Origin: an uncultured delta proteobacterium
Lineage (GTDB): Bacteria > Desulfobacterota > Binatia > UBA9968
Direction: 5' to 3'
NCBI GenBank assembly: GCA_963745035.1
Contig: CAVUVW010000014.1
Location: forward strand, 544,001-608,000
Length of the DNA stretch: 64,000 bases
The number at the start of each line of letters is the position of its first letter. Position 1 is the first letter of the stretch. The translations under genes and the position numbers were made by a program. The notes under the pieces were generated by a model, which saw only the letters and a program-made list of their open reading frames with translations, made no database searches and was not told where the DNA came from. Shown here one piece after another: positions 44,215 through 56,442 of this stretch.

Positions 44215-44655
44215 ATGAATTCGAATCTCTTCAGGTCGGCCTGCGTTTCTCTGACGCTCGTCATGGCTCTCGGCTCGAGCTCCACGCTCTATGCCATCGA
44301 CAATAATCACCGGTACTTCGCCTACGGCCTCGGGCAACGGAGCTGCGAAGACTACGTGAAATTCAGAGAGAAAAAACTTGAATCCCTAGAACAAAAGCAC
44401 GAACGCTACACGAGGGATGAGCTTTACGAGATCGTCGATCGGATCGTCGAGCACTGGATCGCCGGGTTTCTCACCGCGCACAACTTCTACGTGAGCGACA
44501 CTTATGATGTCGCCGGAAAAACCGACATCAACGATATAGAGGCGCGGCTGGAGAAAAGCTGCCGGGCCAATCCGAAGCAGCGCTTCGCCGAAGCCATGAT
44601 CTCGGTCGTGCAGCAGCTCAACCCCCAGCGAGTAAGGGCGGAAGGCGTCAAATGA
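44215..44655 (+). CDS. hypothetical exported protein (two Cys)
   Basis: SD GGAGG, signal peptide, GLGQRSC...WIAGFLTA...CRANP. Confidence 0.75.
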   Translation: MNSNLFRSACVSLTLVMALGSSSTLYAIDNNHRYFAYGLGQRSCEDYVKFREKKLESLEQKHERYTRDELYEIVDRIVEHWIAGFLTAHNFYVSDTYDVAGKTDINDIEARLEKSCRANPKQRFAEAMISVVQQLNPQRVRAEGVK

Positions 44656-44710
44656 GAATCATGGGAGGTCTGAAACTCGGTGTGGCAGAGAACCCGTTAA
44701 GGAGTCAGCA

Positions 44711-45043
44711 ATGAAAGTGACCAAATGTCTTTCAGCGATGATCTTGACCATCTTGTTTCTAGGATGTTCGGAACCTATGACGACGCGGGAGAAGGGCGCG
44801 GTGGTCGGCACGGTCGGCGGTGCCGGCTTGGGTGCAATCATCGGCAGCGCCACCGGTAATGCCGGCGCCGGTGCCGGGATCGGCGCCGCCGTCGGGCTTC
44901 TCGGCGGAGCGGTGATCGGCGATCAGATGCAGGCGCGCCAGCAACAGGATGCGGCAGTGCAACGACAGATGCAGGCGCAACAAGCCGAGATCGATCGCCA
45001 GCAAAGGGAGTTGAACCAACTCAAGGCACAGCAGGCGCGCTAG
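44711..45043 (+). CDS. glycine-zipper lipoprotein
   Basis: Lipobox LGC, GAVVGTVGGAGLGAIIG...GAVIG, Gln-rich tail. Confidence 0.85.
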   Translation: MKVTKCLSAMILTILFLGCSEPMTTREKGAVVGTVGGAGLGAIIGSATGNAGAGAGIGAAVGLLGGAVIGDQMQARQQQDAAVQRQMQAQQAEIDRQQRELNQLKAQQAR

Positions 45044-45194
45044 GCCGCTGTCCGTTCAGGATGGAGGATAGATAAAACGTAATCCGGGTCTTATGCGGGA
45101 ACTTGAACATCGCACCACGAGCGCAGTTTTCATCCGTTCTGTCTCGCTGCCTGCCTATATAGCGCTCGCCGGCAACAATTTCTCGTTTGCCCTC

Positions 45195-45214
45195 CATTGG
45201 ACTAAGGTCCAATA
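45195..45214 (+). promoter_or_regulatory. 20-bp palindromic operator, copy 9
   Basis: CATTGGACTAAGGTCCAATA; TAAGCG at 45236 (21-nt gap). Confidence 0.78.
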
Positions 45215-45324
45215 CCGTCACTTTTTTGAATTCGCTAAGCGTTAGCTGGCGAGGCTGCTGGAACCCGTAAAGCAGCTCCAATGGTGGTCGTGCGCACGCT
45301 TCACGGTTCTTCTGGAGACGAACA

Positions 45325-45778
45325 ATGACATGGAGACATTTTGCATTAATAGTGGGACTTGTCGCGCTGTTGGGGGGCTCTGCGGCCGATGCTGGGCAGA
45401 CGGCTGATGGCACGGTGAAGATCACGCAGTAGATCGGTCGCGGAAGGAATCGGACTCACGTGGGGTGAAGGCGTGTTGACCTACAAGGGCAACAATTATC
45501 CGTTCACCTTTCACGCCAGCGGGCGACTGCGGGACGTGGACGTCAAAATGACCGCCGCGGAATTGTCGGGGCAGGTTTTCAACTTAAAAAATCTCGACGA
45601 CTTCAATGGCAACTACAAGGCGAGCGAAGGGGATAAGACGGGCGATGGCGGGGGTACTCGCGCCAGCATCAAAAATCAAAAGGGCGTCGTTGTAAACCTT
45701 GTTTCCACGGCGGAAGGCCGTAAGTTCAGCGTAATGCGTGAAGGTGTGGACATCGAACTCAAGAGTGCCAAGCCCTAA
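45325..45778 (+). CDS. small exported protein, DUF1134/EipA-like (frameshift ~45428)
   Basis: Signal peptide, GTVKIT, frameshift, SVAEGIGLTWGEGVLTYKG...VFNLKNLDDFNGNY...NQKGVV. Confidence 0.65.
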
Positions 45779-45926
45779 ATTCGGCGGGTAACGAAATGGC
45801 TGACATCATCCGGCCAAAAGGCGCGGTATAGCCATTTTTGTTGAGCTCGCAGGTCTTGCGCGTGCAGACGGGGCTGCGAAGGATCACTCGTCTCGGCTAG
45901 CCCGGAACAGGAACAGAGGAGGCTCT

Positions 45927-46298
45927 ATGCCATTTACCATTATCGACGCGGCCGGGCCGGTCATCACCGCCAAGATCAGCGGCGAGCTCGGCAAATCCGA
46001 GGTCAATCAGTTGCAGGCCGCAGCGCTCGGCGCGATCAAGCGTCATGGCCGAGTCAACGCGCTCTTCATTCTTGAAAACTTTCAAGGTTGGAAACAAACG
46101 GGCGACTGGGGAGACATCACCTTCATGACCGAGCACGACGACCAAATCGGTAAAATCGCCGTGGTCGGAGCGGAAGACTGGCGAGATATGATCTATGCCT
46201 TTCTTGCCAAAGGCTTTCGGCAGGCGCAAGTCGAATACTTCCTGCCGCCCGAGCTCGCGAAAGCACGCTCCTGGCTGGAGGAGAATAACCGCTCCTAG
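45927..46298 (+). CDS. STAS/SEC14 (SpoIIAA-like) protein
   Basis: ISGEL, ENFQGW, KIAVVG, ARSWL; SD GAGGAGG. Confidence 0.85.
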   Translation: MPFTIIDAAGPVITAKISGELGKSEVNQLQAAALGAIKRHGRVNALFILENFQGWKQTGDWGDITFMTEHDDQIGKIAVVGAEDWRDMIYAFLAKGFRQAQVEYFLPPELAKARSWLEENNRS

Positions 46299-46312
46299 CA
46301 GCGCGGATTGCC

Positions 46313-47008
46313 GTGCCAAACCTCAGGCCAATATTGCGATTGTTTGTCGGACTCGGGACCGTCCTGGTTTTTTCCTCTTGCTCGATACAGCCTCAAATTC
46401 CCAGCATGGCTGACCATCAGGTCGAAAGCATGCTCCGCAACGAAGCGGCGGCTATGCTTACGGCCGTAGAGGGTCGCGAGAATCCGACCACGTATCGCTT
46501 TTTCCTTTCCGAGTTCCCGCGCAAAGATATTCTCGGCATGAGTGTCGGCAACGGGCGGATCTACATCAGCTACAAACTGGCCACTCTGGCATTGGCCGAT
46601 CCGGATCATCGCTGGTTGCTCAGACAAACGCTGGCCCATGAGATCGCCCATGAGACCGCCGGCCATGCCAACCAAAAAAGCCCAGTGTGGTTCAACCAGG
46701 TTTCTGCTGCTGGCCCGTCCGCACGCGACATCGGTCTACCCTGGTATGTGCGCCTGGTGAACTACTCGATCGAGAAGGAGCTCGAGGCGGATCGGATCGG
46801 ACTCGGCTACTGGAGTAAGCTCGGCTGGAATTGCCGGATCTGGGTGCGTATTCTCAAAGACCTCGAGAAGCAAAACTATCGCGGCGACGATTTCCACCCC
46901 ACCGAGCGCCGATTGCAACAAGCCGAGAGCGTCTGCGCGGCCGAGGGCCGCTATCGGGCGGTCGTCGCGCCGATCGATAGTGTCTCGTTGCCTTCATCGC
47001 CAGATTGA
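46313..47008 (+). CDS. M48-family metallopeptidase lipoprotein
   Basis: AHEIAHE, ELEADRIG, HPTERRL. Confidence 0.8.
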   Translation: MPNLRPILRLFVGLGTVLVFSSCSIQPQIPSMADHQVESMLRNEAAAMLTAVEGRENPTTYRFFLSEFPRKDILGMSVGNGRIYISYKLATLALADPDHRWLLRQTLAHEIAHETAGHANQKSPVWFNQVSAAGPSARDIGLPWYVRLVNYSIEKELEADRIGLGYWSKLGWNCRIWVRILKDLEKQNYRGDDFHPTERRLQQAESVCAAEGRYRAVVAPIDSVSLPSSPD

Positions 47009-47098
47009 GTTAAGCGGACTGATCGCGAGTCCTTGCTGCTTAAGCGCCGCGCGCTCAAAGCAGGACGCTGTCGCGCAAGGATTCGGCATTGCGGCCCC

Positions 47099-49262
47099 GT
47101 GAGCTCTTCCAATAAAATCCTGATCGGACTTTGCGCCGGTGCCTTCGTCGGAATTTTCCTCGGCGAGCACGCCGGTGTGTTCAAATTCGCCGCGGATGGA
47201 TTTGTCAAGCTGCTGCAGATGACGGTGCTGCCGTACATCACTCTCTCGATCGTCACGAGTCTGGGAACTTTGAATTATACGCAGGTGAAGATCATCGGCC
47301 TTCGCGGTGGCGCAGTGCTTGTCGGCCTGTGGTGTCTCGCCCTGATTTTTACATTCCTGATCCCATTCGCATTCCCGGCCCTCGAAACCGCGTCATTTTT
47401 CAGCTCGACCCTGATCGCAGAGCGCCGGCCGTTTAATTTTGTCGATCTGTTCATTCCATCCAATCCGTTTCATGCGCTGTCGAACAACATTGTCCCGGCG
47501 GTCGTTCTGTTCTTTATTTTTTTCGGTGTCGCGCTCATCGGCGTGGAGCGCAAGCAAGTCGCGCTCGACGTTTTTAACGTCGCCAAAGAGGCCTTATCGA
47601 AAGCGACCAAAGCCATCGTGACTTTGACGCCTTATGGGGTTTTCGCCATCGCCGCAAATACCGCGGGCACCTTGAACCTCGACCAACTAGCCCGAATTCA
47701 GGTTTACCTGATCACGTACGTGATCGTTGCTCTCCTCGTGGCCCTTTGGGTATTGCCCGGTCTGGTCGCGGCGCTCACCCCCTTCAGCTATCGAGAGGTG
47801 CTCGGGCCGACGCGAGACGCGCTGATCACGGCATTCGTGGCGGCAGATTTGTTCATCGTCCTGCCGATCCTGATCCAGGCATGCAAGGACCTGTGCGAGC
47901 GTCATCAGCTCGTCGACGAGCGGACAAGGGCGCTGCCGGAATTGATCGTGCCCACGTCCTTCAATTTTCCCCATACCGGCAAGCTCCTCTCCATCAGCTT
48001 CATCTTGTTCGCCGGGTGGTTCGCCGATGCGGCGGTGCCGTCGTCGGAATATCCGCGCCTGGCACTGGCGGGTCTGCTTACGTTCTTCGGTAGTCTCAAT
48101 GTGGCGGTGCCGTTCCTGCTCGACCTGTTCCGCATCCCAACCGATACGTTTCAGCTTTTCCTGGCCACCGGCGTCATCAACTCAAGATTCGGCTCGCTGC
48201 TCGCGGCGGTCCACACGGTGGCGGTGGCGCTGCTCGGAAGCGCGGCGATTGTCGGTGCGCTGCGCTTCCGTCCGGCGCGCATCGCCCGCTATGTTGTGGT
48301 TACGGCCGGAGCTAACGGCTGTGATCATTGGTGGCTTGCGAGTAGTTTTTGACACCGCCCTAGCGGGAAGCTTTGCGCGGTGAGGAGCTGGTCTACGGAA
48401 TGCGTCCGCTCATGACCGCTGGTGATGCGCGGCTGTTGAAACCCGCCGAGCTTGGTGAGGGTGGAGAAGCGGCTGCGTCGGCGGGACCGCGGCTCGACAC
48501 GATCACACAACGTGGTACGCTCCGCGTCGGCGTGTTTGCTGATCGCCTGCCGTTCGTTTTCATCAACCGAGAAGGTCATCTGGTCGGGTTCGACGTCGAG
48601 ATGGCCCAGCTCCTTGCCCGTGATCTTGGAGTCATTGTTGAATTCGTCGAGATGGAAGCGGCCGGTCCGCGAAGTGCCCCCTTGTTGGCGGCGGGCATAT
48701 CGATGTGGCCATGACGGGATTTCCAGTGACGCGCGGCGCGCCAGCCAAATGCTTCATTCCGAGCCCTACCTGGAGGAGACCCTTGCGTTCGTGGTGAAAG
48801 ATCAACTGCGGGAGGAGTTTTCCAGCTGGGCTAACATACGGGAGCTCGGTAGTTTCTCTGTGCTGATTCCTGCCTTGCCGTACTTTATCGATGTGATAAG
48901 AACGCGCGCGCCACTGCTGAAGCTCACAGTGGCGGCCTCCATGATGCAAATCGAGCAGGCGATTAGAAATGGAACATCCGATGCGGTCGTGCTCCCCGCC
49001 GAGCGCGGCTCGGTTCTGAGCCTTGCTCTATCCAAAGTACACCGTGGTTGTGCCGGAACCGGGAATTGTCAAAATACCACTCGCCTATCCGGTGGCCCGC
49101 CGCGATCACGAGTTGGCAACGTTTCTAAATACCTGGATCGAGCTGAAACGGCGCGACGGCACCATCGAGGCTCTCTACGAGCCATTGGATCTGGGAAAGC
49201 AGGCAACCAGAAATCGGGCCCGCTGGTCGGTCATTCGCAACGTGCTCGGCTGGGTCGACTGA
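47099..49262 (+). CDS. cation:dicarboxylate (DAACS) symporter fused to an SBP family 3 domain (several frameshifts)
   Basis: FVKLLQMTVLPYI, FIPSNPF, SFNFPHTG; then RGTLRVG...VGFDVEMA...HSEPY...FLNTWIELK, RWSVIRNVLGWV. Confidence 0.8.
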
Positions 49263-49298
49263 TTCCTAGCGGAACAGTCAATACGAAATTCCCTGCGC

Positions 49299-49318
49299 CA
49301 TTGGACCAAGGTCCAATA
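49299..49318 (+). promoter_or_regulatory. 20-bp palindromic operator, copy 10
   Basis: CATTGGACCAAGGTCCAATA; TATCTA at 49340 (21-nt gap); upstream of the RND operon. Confidence 0.8.
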
Positions 49319-49442
49319 TCCGCAACTGACGCATTTCGATATCTAACGCTAAAGTCCGGCGGTGGTCTTTATAGCAATCGCGGACGATCGCGGATAGGAA
49401 TGGTGCGCGTACCGTAGAACATTCGATAGAGAACGCGCTTAT

Positions 49443-50625
49443 ATGCTGGAGGATCTCGTGAAAGTGAACCGTCTTACGTCACATAAAGCACGACTGCTGC
49501 CCATGCTGAACTCGATATATGCCTGCTGTGCGCTGGCACTAGCCGTTGCGTGCTCCAAAGAGGAGCCGCCGCCGCCTCCTCCGCCGGAGGTCCAGGTCAC
49601 TGCGGCCGTTCAGAAAGATGTGCCGATCTACATCGAGCTTGTCGGCGCAACGCTGGGGTCGGAGGATATCGAAATCCGCGCTCGCGTGGAAGGCTACCTT
49701 GCTTCGGTCAACTTCACCGAAGGCGCCTTCGTCAAAAAGGGGCAACTCCTTTACAAGATCGACCCCCAGCCCTTTCAAGCGGCATTGGCCCAAGCCCAGG
49801 CCAATTGGAGACCGCTCAAGCCCGGTTGGAAAAGACCAATAACGATGTGGCTCGGTATAAACCACTGGCCGAGCAGAAGGCGGTGAGCCAACAGGAGCTC
49901 GACAATGCGTTGTCGGCTCAAGAGGCGGCGCGGTTCCAGGTTACGGCCTACGATGCGCTGGTTTCCAAAGCCAAACTCGATCTTGCCTACACGACGATTA
50001 CCTCGCCGGTCGATGGTCTCATTGGGACGACGCAGAGGAAAGTCGGCAGCTTGGTGGGACGCGGTGAAAACACCTTGCTCAACACGATCTCGCAGGTCCA
50101 TCCGATTCTCTTCCGCTGCGCCATCGCCGAGGCGGAGTATCTGAGAATCGCCCGCCGCGGCGGCGATAGGAATAGATCTCTCGAGAAACAATTCGGCGTC
50201 GAGCTGATTCTCGCCGACGGAACCGTCATCCGCACAAAGGACGGCTCGACGCCATCGAACGCGCGGTGGATCCAACGACCGGCACTCTCACCGGGCAGTT
50301 TAGCTTTCCCAATCCTGAGCGGATTCTGCGCCCGAGCCAGTACGGGCGAGCACGATTCGTCACCGATCTGAAGGAAGACGCCGTTCTGATACCCCAACGC
50401 GGAGTACAGGAGATTCAAGGCCTGTATAGCGTCATGGTCGTCAAGCCGGATTCGACGGTGGAGCAGCGTATGGTGAAAGCCGGCGAACGCGTCGGCAGTT
50501 TGTGGGTCATCGAGTCGGGCATCAAGCCGGGAGAAAAGGTCGTCGTGGAGGGCGTTCAACGAGTCCGCCCGGGAGTGCAAGTGAACGCGAAACCGGAGAA
50601 GCCGCAAGAAACGATCGCCAGCTGA
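49443..50625 (+). CDS. RND efflux periplasmic adaptor (frameshifted)
   Basis: Lipobox VAC, EIRARVEGYL, GQLLYKIDP, ITSPVDG, VDPTTGT. Confidence 0.85.
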
Positions 50626-50681
50626 GACCAAACGCGCCGCCGCTGGAAGGCCCTGCCAAGGACGCGAAAGGAAAGTAGGCC

Positions 50682-53600
50682 ATGGCAAATTTTTTTATCC
50701 GCCGGCCCATCGTCGCCATCGTCATTTCCATCATCATGGTTATGATGGGGCTTTTCACGCCTGAAGGGGCTCAGCGTCGAGCAGTATCCATTTCTCGCCC
50801 CGCCCACCATTCGCGTGACGGCGACCTACCCCGGCGCCTCGGCCGTGGCGGTCGAGCAATCGGTGGCGACCCCCATCGAGCAGGAAGTCAACGGCGTCGA
50901 CAAGATGATCTACATGAAATCGTCGAACACCAGCGACGGCCGCATGCAGCTCGACGTCAATTTCGAGGTCGGCGTCGATCAGGACACGGCGAACGTCTTG
51001 ACCCAGAACCGGGTCTCGTCGGCGCAGGCCCGGCTGCCGCAGGAAGTCGTGCAGCAGGGAGTCACCGTCAAAAAGCAAAGCCCAAGTATTTTGATGCTTA
51101 TCTCTCTCTACTCGCCGAAGGAAAGCTACGACGCCAATTTTCTGATCAATTATTCCGGCATCAACCTGCGCGACCAGATACTGCGGATTCCCGGGATCGC
51201 CCAGGTCGATCTCTTCGGCGGCGCCGACTACGGCATGCGCATCTGGCTGCGCCCGGACCGGCTCGCTAATCTCGCCGTCACTCCTGCCGACGTGATCTCG
51301 GCAATCAGGGAGCAGAACCTGCAGGCGCCGGCCGGGCGCGTGGGCATGGCGCCCTCTCCCAAGGACCAGGAGTTTACCTGGACCGTGAGCGCACCCGGCC
51401 GTCTCGTCAATCCGGAGGAGTTCGAGAACATCATCATCCGCCAGACCCAAACCGGCGCGCAGATTCGAGTCAAAGACGTCGGCCGCGCCGAGCTCGGCTC
51501 GCAGGACTACAACTCCTTCGGCCGTCTGGATGGGAAATCCGCCGGCACCATGGCCGTCTACCTGCTGCCGGGCGCGAACCAGCTCCAGGCATCCGAGGCG
51601 ATTTACGAAACCATGAACCGTGCGAAAGCGCTGTTTCCGCCGGACATGGACTACAAGATCGTCTATGACACCACGCCCGCGGTCGAAGGCCTCCATCGAG
51701 GGGATCGTTCATACGTTTCTCGAGGCGATCGTCCTGGTCACGCTCGTCGTCTTTATTTTCCTGCAGAATCTGCGCGCGACCATCATCCCGCTTATCACCG
51801 TGCCCGTGTCGCTGATCGGCACGTTCATTTTTTTCCCGGCTGCTCGGCTTTTCGGTGAACACTCTTTCGATGTTCGGCCTCGTGCTCGCCATCGGTATCG
51901 TCGTCGACGATGCCATCGTCGTCGTCGAAGCGGTGATGCACCACCTCGAGCACGGCATGAGTCCCAAGGGAGGCGACCATCCAGGCGATGAAGGAAGTGT
52001 CGGCCCCGGTCATCGGTATCGCGCTCATCCTCTCCGCCGTGTTCATTCCCGTGGCGTTCCTGGGCGGCCTCACCGGACGCATGTATCAGCAGTTCGCCCT
52101 TACCATCGCGATCTCGGTGCTGCTCTCGGCTTTCAGTGCCTTGTCGCTCTCGCCGGCGCTCTGCGCCATGTTCCTTGCGCGCGCCAAAACCGGCGCGCGG
52201 TCCTCTGGGAAAATTTTTCGGCGGATTCAACTGGGTCTTCGAGCGCTCGACGACAAAGTATGTCAACGCCACCCGGCTGCTCGTGCGGCGGTCGATGCTG
52301 ACGATCGTGATCATCGCTGGAGTGGCTGTCGGGAGCGGGCCTCTTCGGTACCGCGCTGCCGGCGGGTTTCATTCCCGAAGAAGACCAGGGGATGTTCGGC
52401 ATCAACGTGACGCTGCCTCCCGCCGCATCGCTCGAGCGAACCGGCAGAGTTTTGTCCCAGGTGGAGCAGATCGTGGCGAAGACCGAGGGAGTCGACGCGT
52501 TTACGACGCATCGGCGGCTATGGAGTCGTGACCAGCACGTATCAGCCCAACTTCGGCTACGATCTTCGTTCGTCTGAAGCCGTGGGATGACCGACATACC
52601 GAAGCACTGCACGTGCGCGGCATCATGGCGACGCTTGCAGACCGCAGCTAGCGAAGATTTCCGAGGCGATCATCTTTCCGTTCAATATCCCGACGATTTC
52701 CGGGTTTGGCGCATCGGCGGGCTTCAATTTTCTGCTGCAGGACCGCAGCGGCTCGCTCACCGTGCAGCAGCTCGGCGAGCTGTCGCGCCAGTTTCTCGAC
52801 GCGGCGCGCAAACGGCCGGAGCTCGCCAATCTCTTCACCTCCTTCGATCCGCGCTATCCCGCAAATCAAAGTTGATCTCGACCGGGAAAAGGCGCGCAAA
52901 CTCGGCGTACCGGTCAATGAGGTGTTCCAGGCGCTGTCGGCGGTTATGGGCGGCACCTACGTGAACGACTTCAACCGCTTCGGCCGCTTGTTCCGCGTCT
53001 ATGTACAGGCGGATGCCGACTATCGCCGCAAGCCCAAAGATATCGGCGACATCTACGTGCGCAGCGAAACCACCAAAGGCATGATTCCGCTTTCGACGCT
53101 GGTCACCATCACTTCGGAAAGCGGCACCGAAGTCACCAATCGGTTCAATCTGTTCCGCTCGGTGGAAATCAACGGCGTTCCCGGCCGCGGCTTTACCTCC
53201 GGCCAGTCGTTGGCAGCGCTGGAAGAGGTGTTCAAGGAGACGATGCCGAAGGAAATGGGTTTTGCCTATTCTAGCCTTTCCTATCAGGAGAAGGTGGCGC
53301 CGCCGGCGCGGCCCGACGTTCGTTCTCGCCATCGTGTTCGTCTTCCTGCTGCTCGCCGCCATGTATGAGAGCTGGCGCTTGCCCTGGGCGGTTTTGCTCG
53401 GCTCGCCGCTGGTTGCCCTGGGCTCGTTCTTCGGCGTCTGGCTGATGGGCTACGACAACAACGTTTACGTTCAGATCGGCAATATCATGCTCATCGGCCT
53501 CGCGGCGAAAAACGCGATCCTGATCGTCGAGTTCGCCAAAGCAAAACACGAAGAAGGCATGTCGCTTCAAGAGGCCGCTTTGGAGTCGGCGCGCCTGCGC

Positions 53601-53849
53601 TTCCGGCCGATCCTTATGACTGCGTTTGCGTTCATCCTGGGCGTGGTGCCGTTGATGATCGCGAGCGGCGCAGGCGCCGGCGCGCAGAACGTGATGGGGA
53701 CTGCGGTCTTTTGGGGTATGTTGGTCGCCACTGCTCTCGGCGTTTTCCTCATCCCAGGAAACTTTGCGTTTGTCATGGGTCTCGGGGCAAAGAAGAAGCA
53801 AGCTCCAGTGGCGGTTCCCACTGTGCCATCGCACGAGGGGGCGCACTAG
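50682..53849 (+). CDS. HAE1/AcrB-type RND permease (multiple frameshifts)
   Basis: [49 protein letters not shown]. Confidence 0.88.
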
Positions 53850-55248
53850 ATGGCACACACTTTACTCGCGTTGATCGTCGGCTTGGTGCTTAGTGGATGC
53901 ACCCTGGGGCCGGACTATCTTCGGCCCAAGTTATTGATCCCGAATAATCACCGCGGAGTCGTCACGGCGCCTCAGGCGGAATCGCTCGCGGACATACCCT
54001 GGTGGGAGCTGTTCAAGGATCCCGGTCTTGCAGCAGCTCACCCGTGAGGCGATCGCCAACAATTATGATCTGCGCGACGCTGCGGCGCGCGTCGAAGAAG
54101 CCAGAGCCCAGGTCGGCGTGGCGCGCTCGTTTCTTTACCCACAATTCAGTGCCAATGCCGGCGGCAGGGCGGAGCAGGTGTCCCGCAGCACGGACCCCTC
54201 CCAGGCCGTCAACGGCAATCGGAATTATCAAAATTGGTTGCTCGGATTGAGCATGGCGTGGGAGCTCGATGTGTTCGGTAGAATCCGCCGAGAAACCGAA
54301 GCGGCCACCAACCTGTTTCTGGCAACGGAACAGGGGCGCCGCGGGGTGCTGATCACGCTGATCGCCGACGTCGCGCAGTCCTATTTCGCTTTGCGCCAGC
54401 TCGATCTCGAGCTCGAGATCAGTCGGCGGACACTGAGGGTCAACGACGACACCGTGGAATTCTACCGTCGGCGCCTGACCGGCGGAGTGTCCAACCAGCT
54501 CGAGCTCGACCAATCCATCGCGAACCGCTCGCGCACTGCGTCAAACATCCCGGAGATCGAGCGCCAGATCGCAATCCAAGAGAATCTCATCAACTTTCTC
54601 GTCGGGCGCAATCCCGGACCGATCCCTCGTGGCGCAGCATTGACGGATCAATACCAGCCGCCCACCGTGCCCGCAGGATTGCCGTCGGATTTGCTCGAAC
54701 GGCGACCGGACGTGAGGGCTGCCGAGGATGTGCTGGCGGCAACCAATGCCAACATCGGCGCCGCCAAAGCGCTCTTCTTTCCGAGCTTCTCGCTGACTGC
54801 GGCCCTCGGCGGCACCAGCCACGATCTTTCGAACATTTTCGACCAGCGCGCGGCGGTCTGGTCGGTCGCGGGCGGCATGCTGCAACCGGTTTTCCAGGGC
54901 TGGCGGATTTTCTCCAATTACGAAGCGACCAAAGCCCGCTTCGACCAGGCGCTGGCACAGTACGAAAGGGCGGCGCAAAACGGCTTTCGCGAAGTCGCGG
55001 ATGCGCTGGTGAGCGTCGAGAAATTGCAAGAGTTGCGAGTCGAGCTGGAGAGAAGCGTCGAGGCTCTCGGCAACGCCGCACGCCTGTCGCGACTGCGCTA
55101 TGACACCGGCCTCGCAAATTACTTGGAAATTCTGATCGCGGACCAACAGCTTTTCGATCAAGAGATTTTACTTGCCCGCGCTCGGGGCGCGCAGCTGACC
55201 GCCGTGGTGCAACTCTACCGCGCTCTCGGCGGCGGATGGGAGCCATAA
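53850..55248 (+). CDS. NodT/OprM-type outer membrane efflux lipoprotein (frameshift ~54022)
   Basis: LSGCTLGPDY, WELDVFGR, GLPSDLLERRPDV, LYRALGGGW. Confidence 0.88.
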
Positions 55249-55445
55249 TTCGAAGTTCAATTCGTTCAAGTGGCTCGGAGAGTTAAACCGTTTTGCCCAT
55301 GAGTATCATCACGTTGTCGTCGTTCTCGTCGCAAGATATCGCTCAGAGTATTGGACTCATGGAAATGAGTGTTTGGTAGGGAGTCCGCCGATCAAAACTA
55401 AAGAATGATGTTCTCAGCAGCTAGAAAAACACAGAGGAGGGTTTC

Positions 55446-55892
55446 ATGAGGAGAATCATGCTGTTTTTGCAAGTCAGTGGGTTCATCCTCGGAGTCCAAG
55501 CAGCGCTTGCTTGTGCTGTTTTTGCGGCCAGCGCAAAGGCTCAGTGGTCGCCCATCCCGATCGACGACGTGAAGAGCATCTCCGGAAATTGGGAAGGGCT
55601 CATGATTCGAACGCCGACAGCCAAAAACGACGATTGGGTGAACGTCAGCATCCAAGATAACGGAGACTACGAATTTGCCTCTTATCGGACCATCGGCGTG
55701 TTCAGCGGTAAAGGCAACTTGGCCGTGAAAGACGGCAAGGCCGTGACCCAAAGCGAAAGGGGCACCGCGACGCTGCAGCTCTTCACAGAGCCGACCAAGG
55801 GCGAAAACATGCTGAAAGTCGAGAGCAAGGGAAAAGACGGTATCTCTTATCGAGCCGAGCTGAGGAAGGCGAAGCCGCGCAAACAAAAATAA
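55446..55892 (+). CDS. hypothetical exported protein
   Basis: SD GAGGAGG, signal peptide, DVKSISGNWEG. Confidence 0.75.
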   Translation: MRRIMLFLQVSGFILGVQAALACAVFAASAKAQWSPIPIDDVKSISGNWEGLMIRTPTAKNDDWVNVSIQDNGDYEFASYRTIGVFSGKGNLAVKDGKAVTQSERGTATLQLFTEPTKGENMLKVESKGKDGISYRAELRKAKPRKQK

Positions 55893-55949
55893 CGAGGGTC
55901 AGGCCAAGTCGATATCTTCAAAGGGGCAACCGCTAACTGAATTGCGATC

Positions 55950-56411
55950 ATGAATCCTGAAACAGGCAGAAAAGTTGGCGCGATCATTTTCGGCGCGGTT
56001 GTCGGGCTCGGACTCGGTGTCGGCGCATACACTCTTCTTTATGCCAAGGGTTGGGCTTACTTGACCAATGACCCGGCGGCCTGCGCCAACTGCCATATCA
56101 TGCAGGGGCATTTGGATGCGTGGATCAAGTCGACTCATCGGGCGGTTGCAACCTGTAACGACTGCCACACGCCGCACAACTTTTTCGGCAAATACTATGT
56201 CAAGGCGGATCACGGCTTCTGGCACTCCTACGCGTTTACCACGGGCAACTTTCACGAACCGATTCACATGACGGCGCGCAGCCAACAAGTTACCGAAGGC
56301 GCGTGCCGCAACTGCCACGAGGAAATTGTCCACGCCATCGAAACCATACAAAGCAACGGCGGCCAATTGTCCTGCATCCGCTGCCATGGCTCGGTCGGCC
56401 ATCCTATGTGA
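55950..56411 (+). CDS. nrfH: cytochrome c nitrite reductase small subunit
   Basis: N-terminal TM helix, four hemes CANCHIM, CNDCH, CRNCH, CIRCH. Confidence 0.93.
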   Translation: MNPETGRKVGAIIFGAVVGLGLGVGAYTLLYAKGWAYLTNDPAACANCHIMQGHLDAWIKSTHRAVATCNDCHTPHNFFGKYYVKADHGFWHSYAFTTGNFHEPIHMTARSQQVTEGACRNCHEEIVHAIETIQSNGGQLSCIRCHGSVGHPM

Positions 56412-56442
56412 CCTAGGTACAAGAAAGGACGGTGTTCCATTC

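Noticed and set aside
47099-55248. Mass pseudogenisation of the symporter and RND operon (also GH63, porin 1, patatin)
   Set aside because: Breaks are single-base indels while protein motifs remain intact, the pattern of long-read assembly error; needs read-level confirmation
55349-55368. Twelfth operator upstream of the nrf region
   Set aside because: Only the left half TATTGGACT is present and there is no TA hexamer at the expected distance
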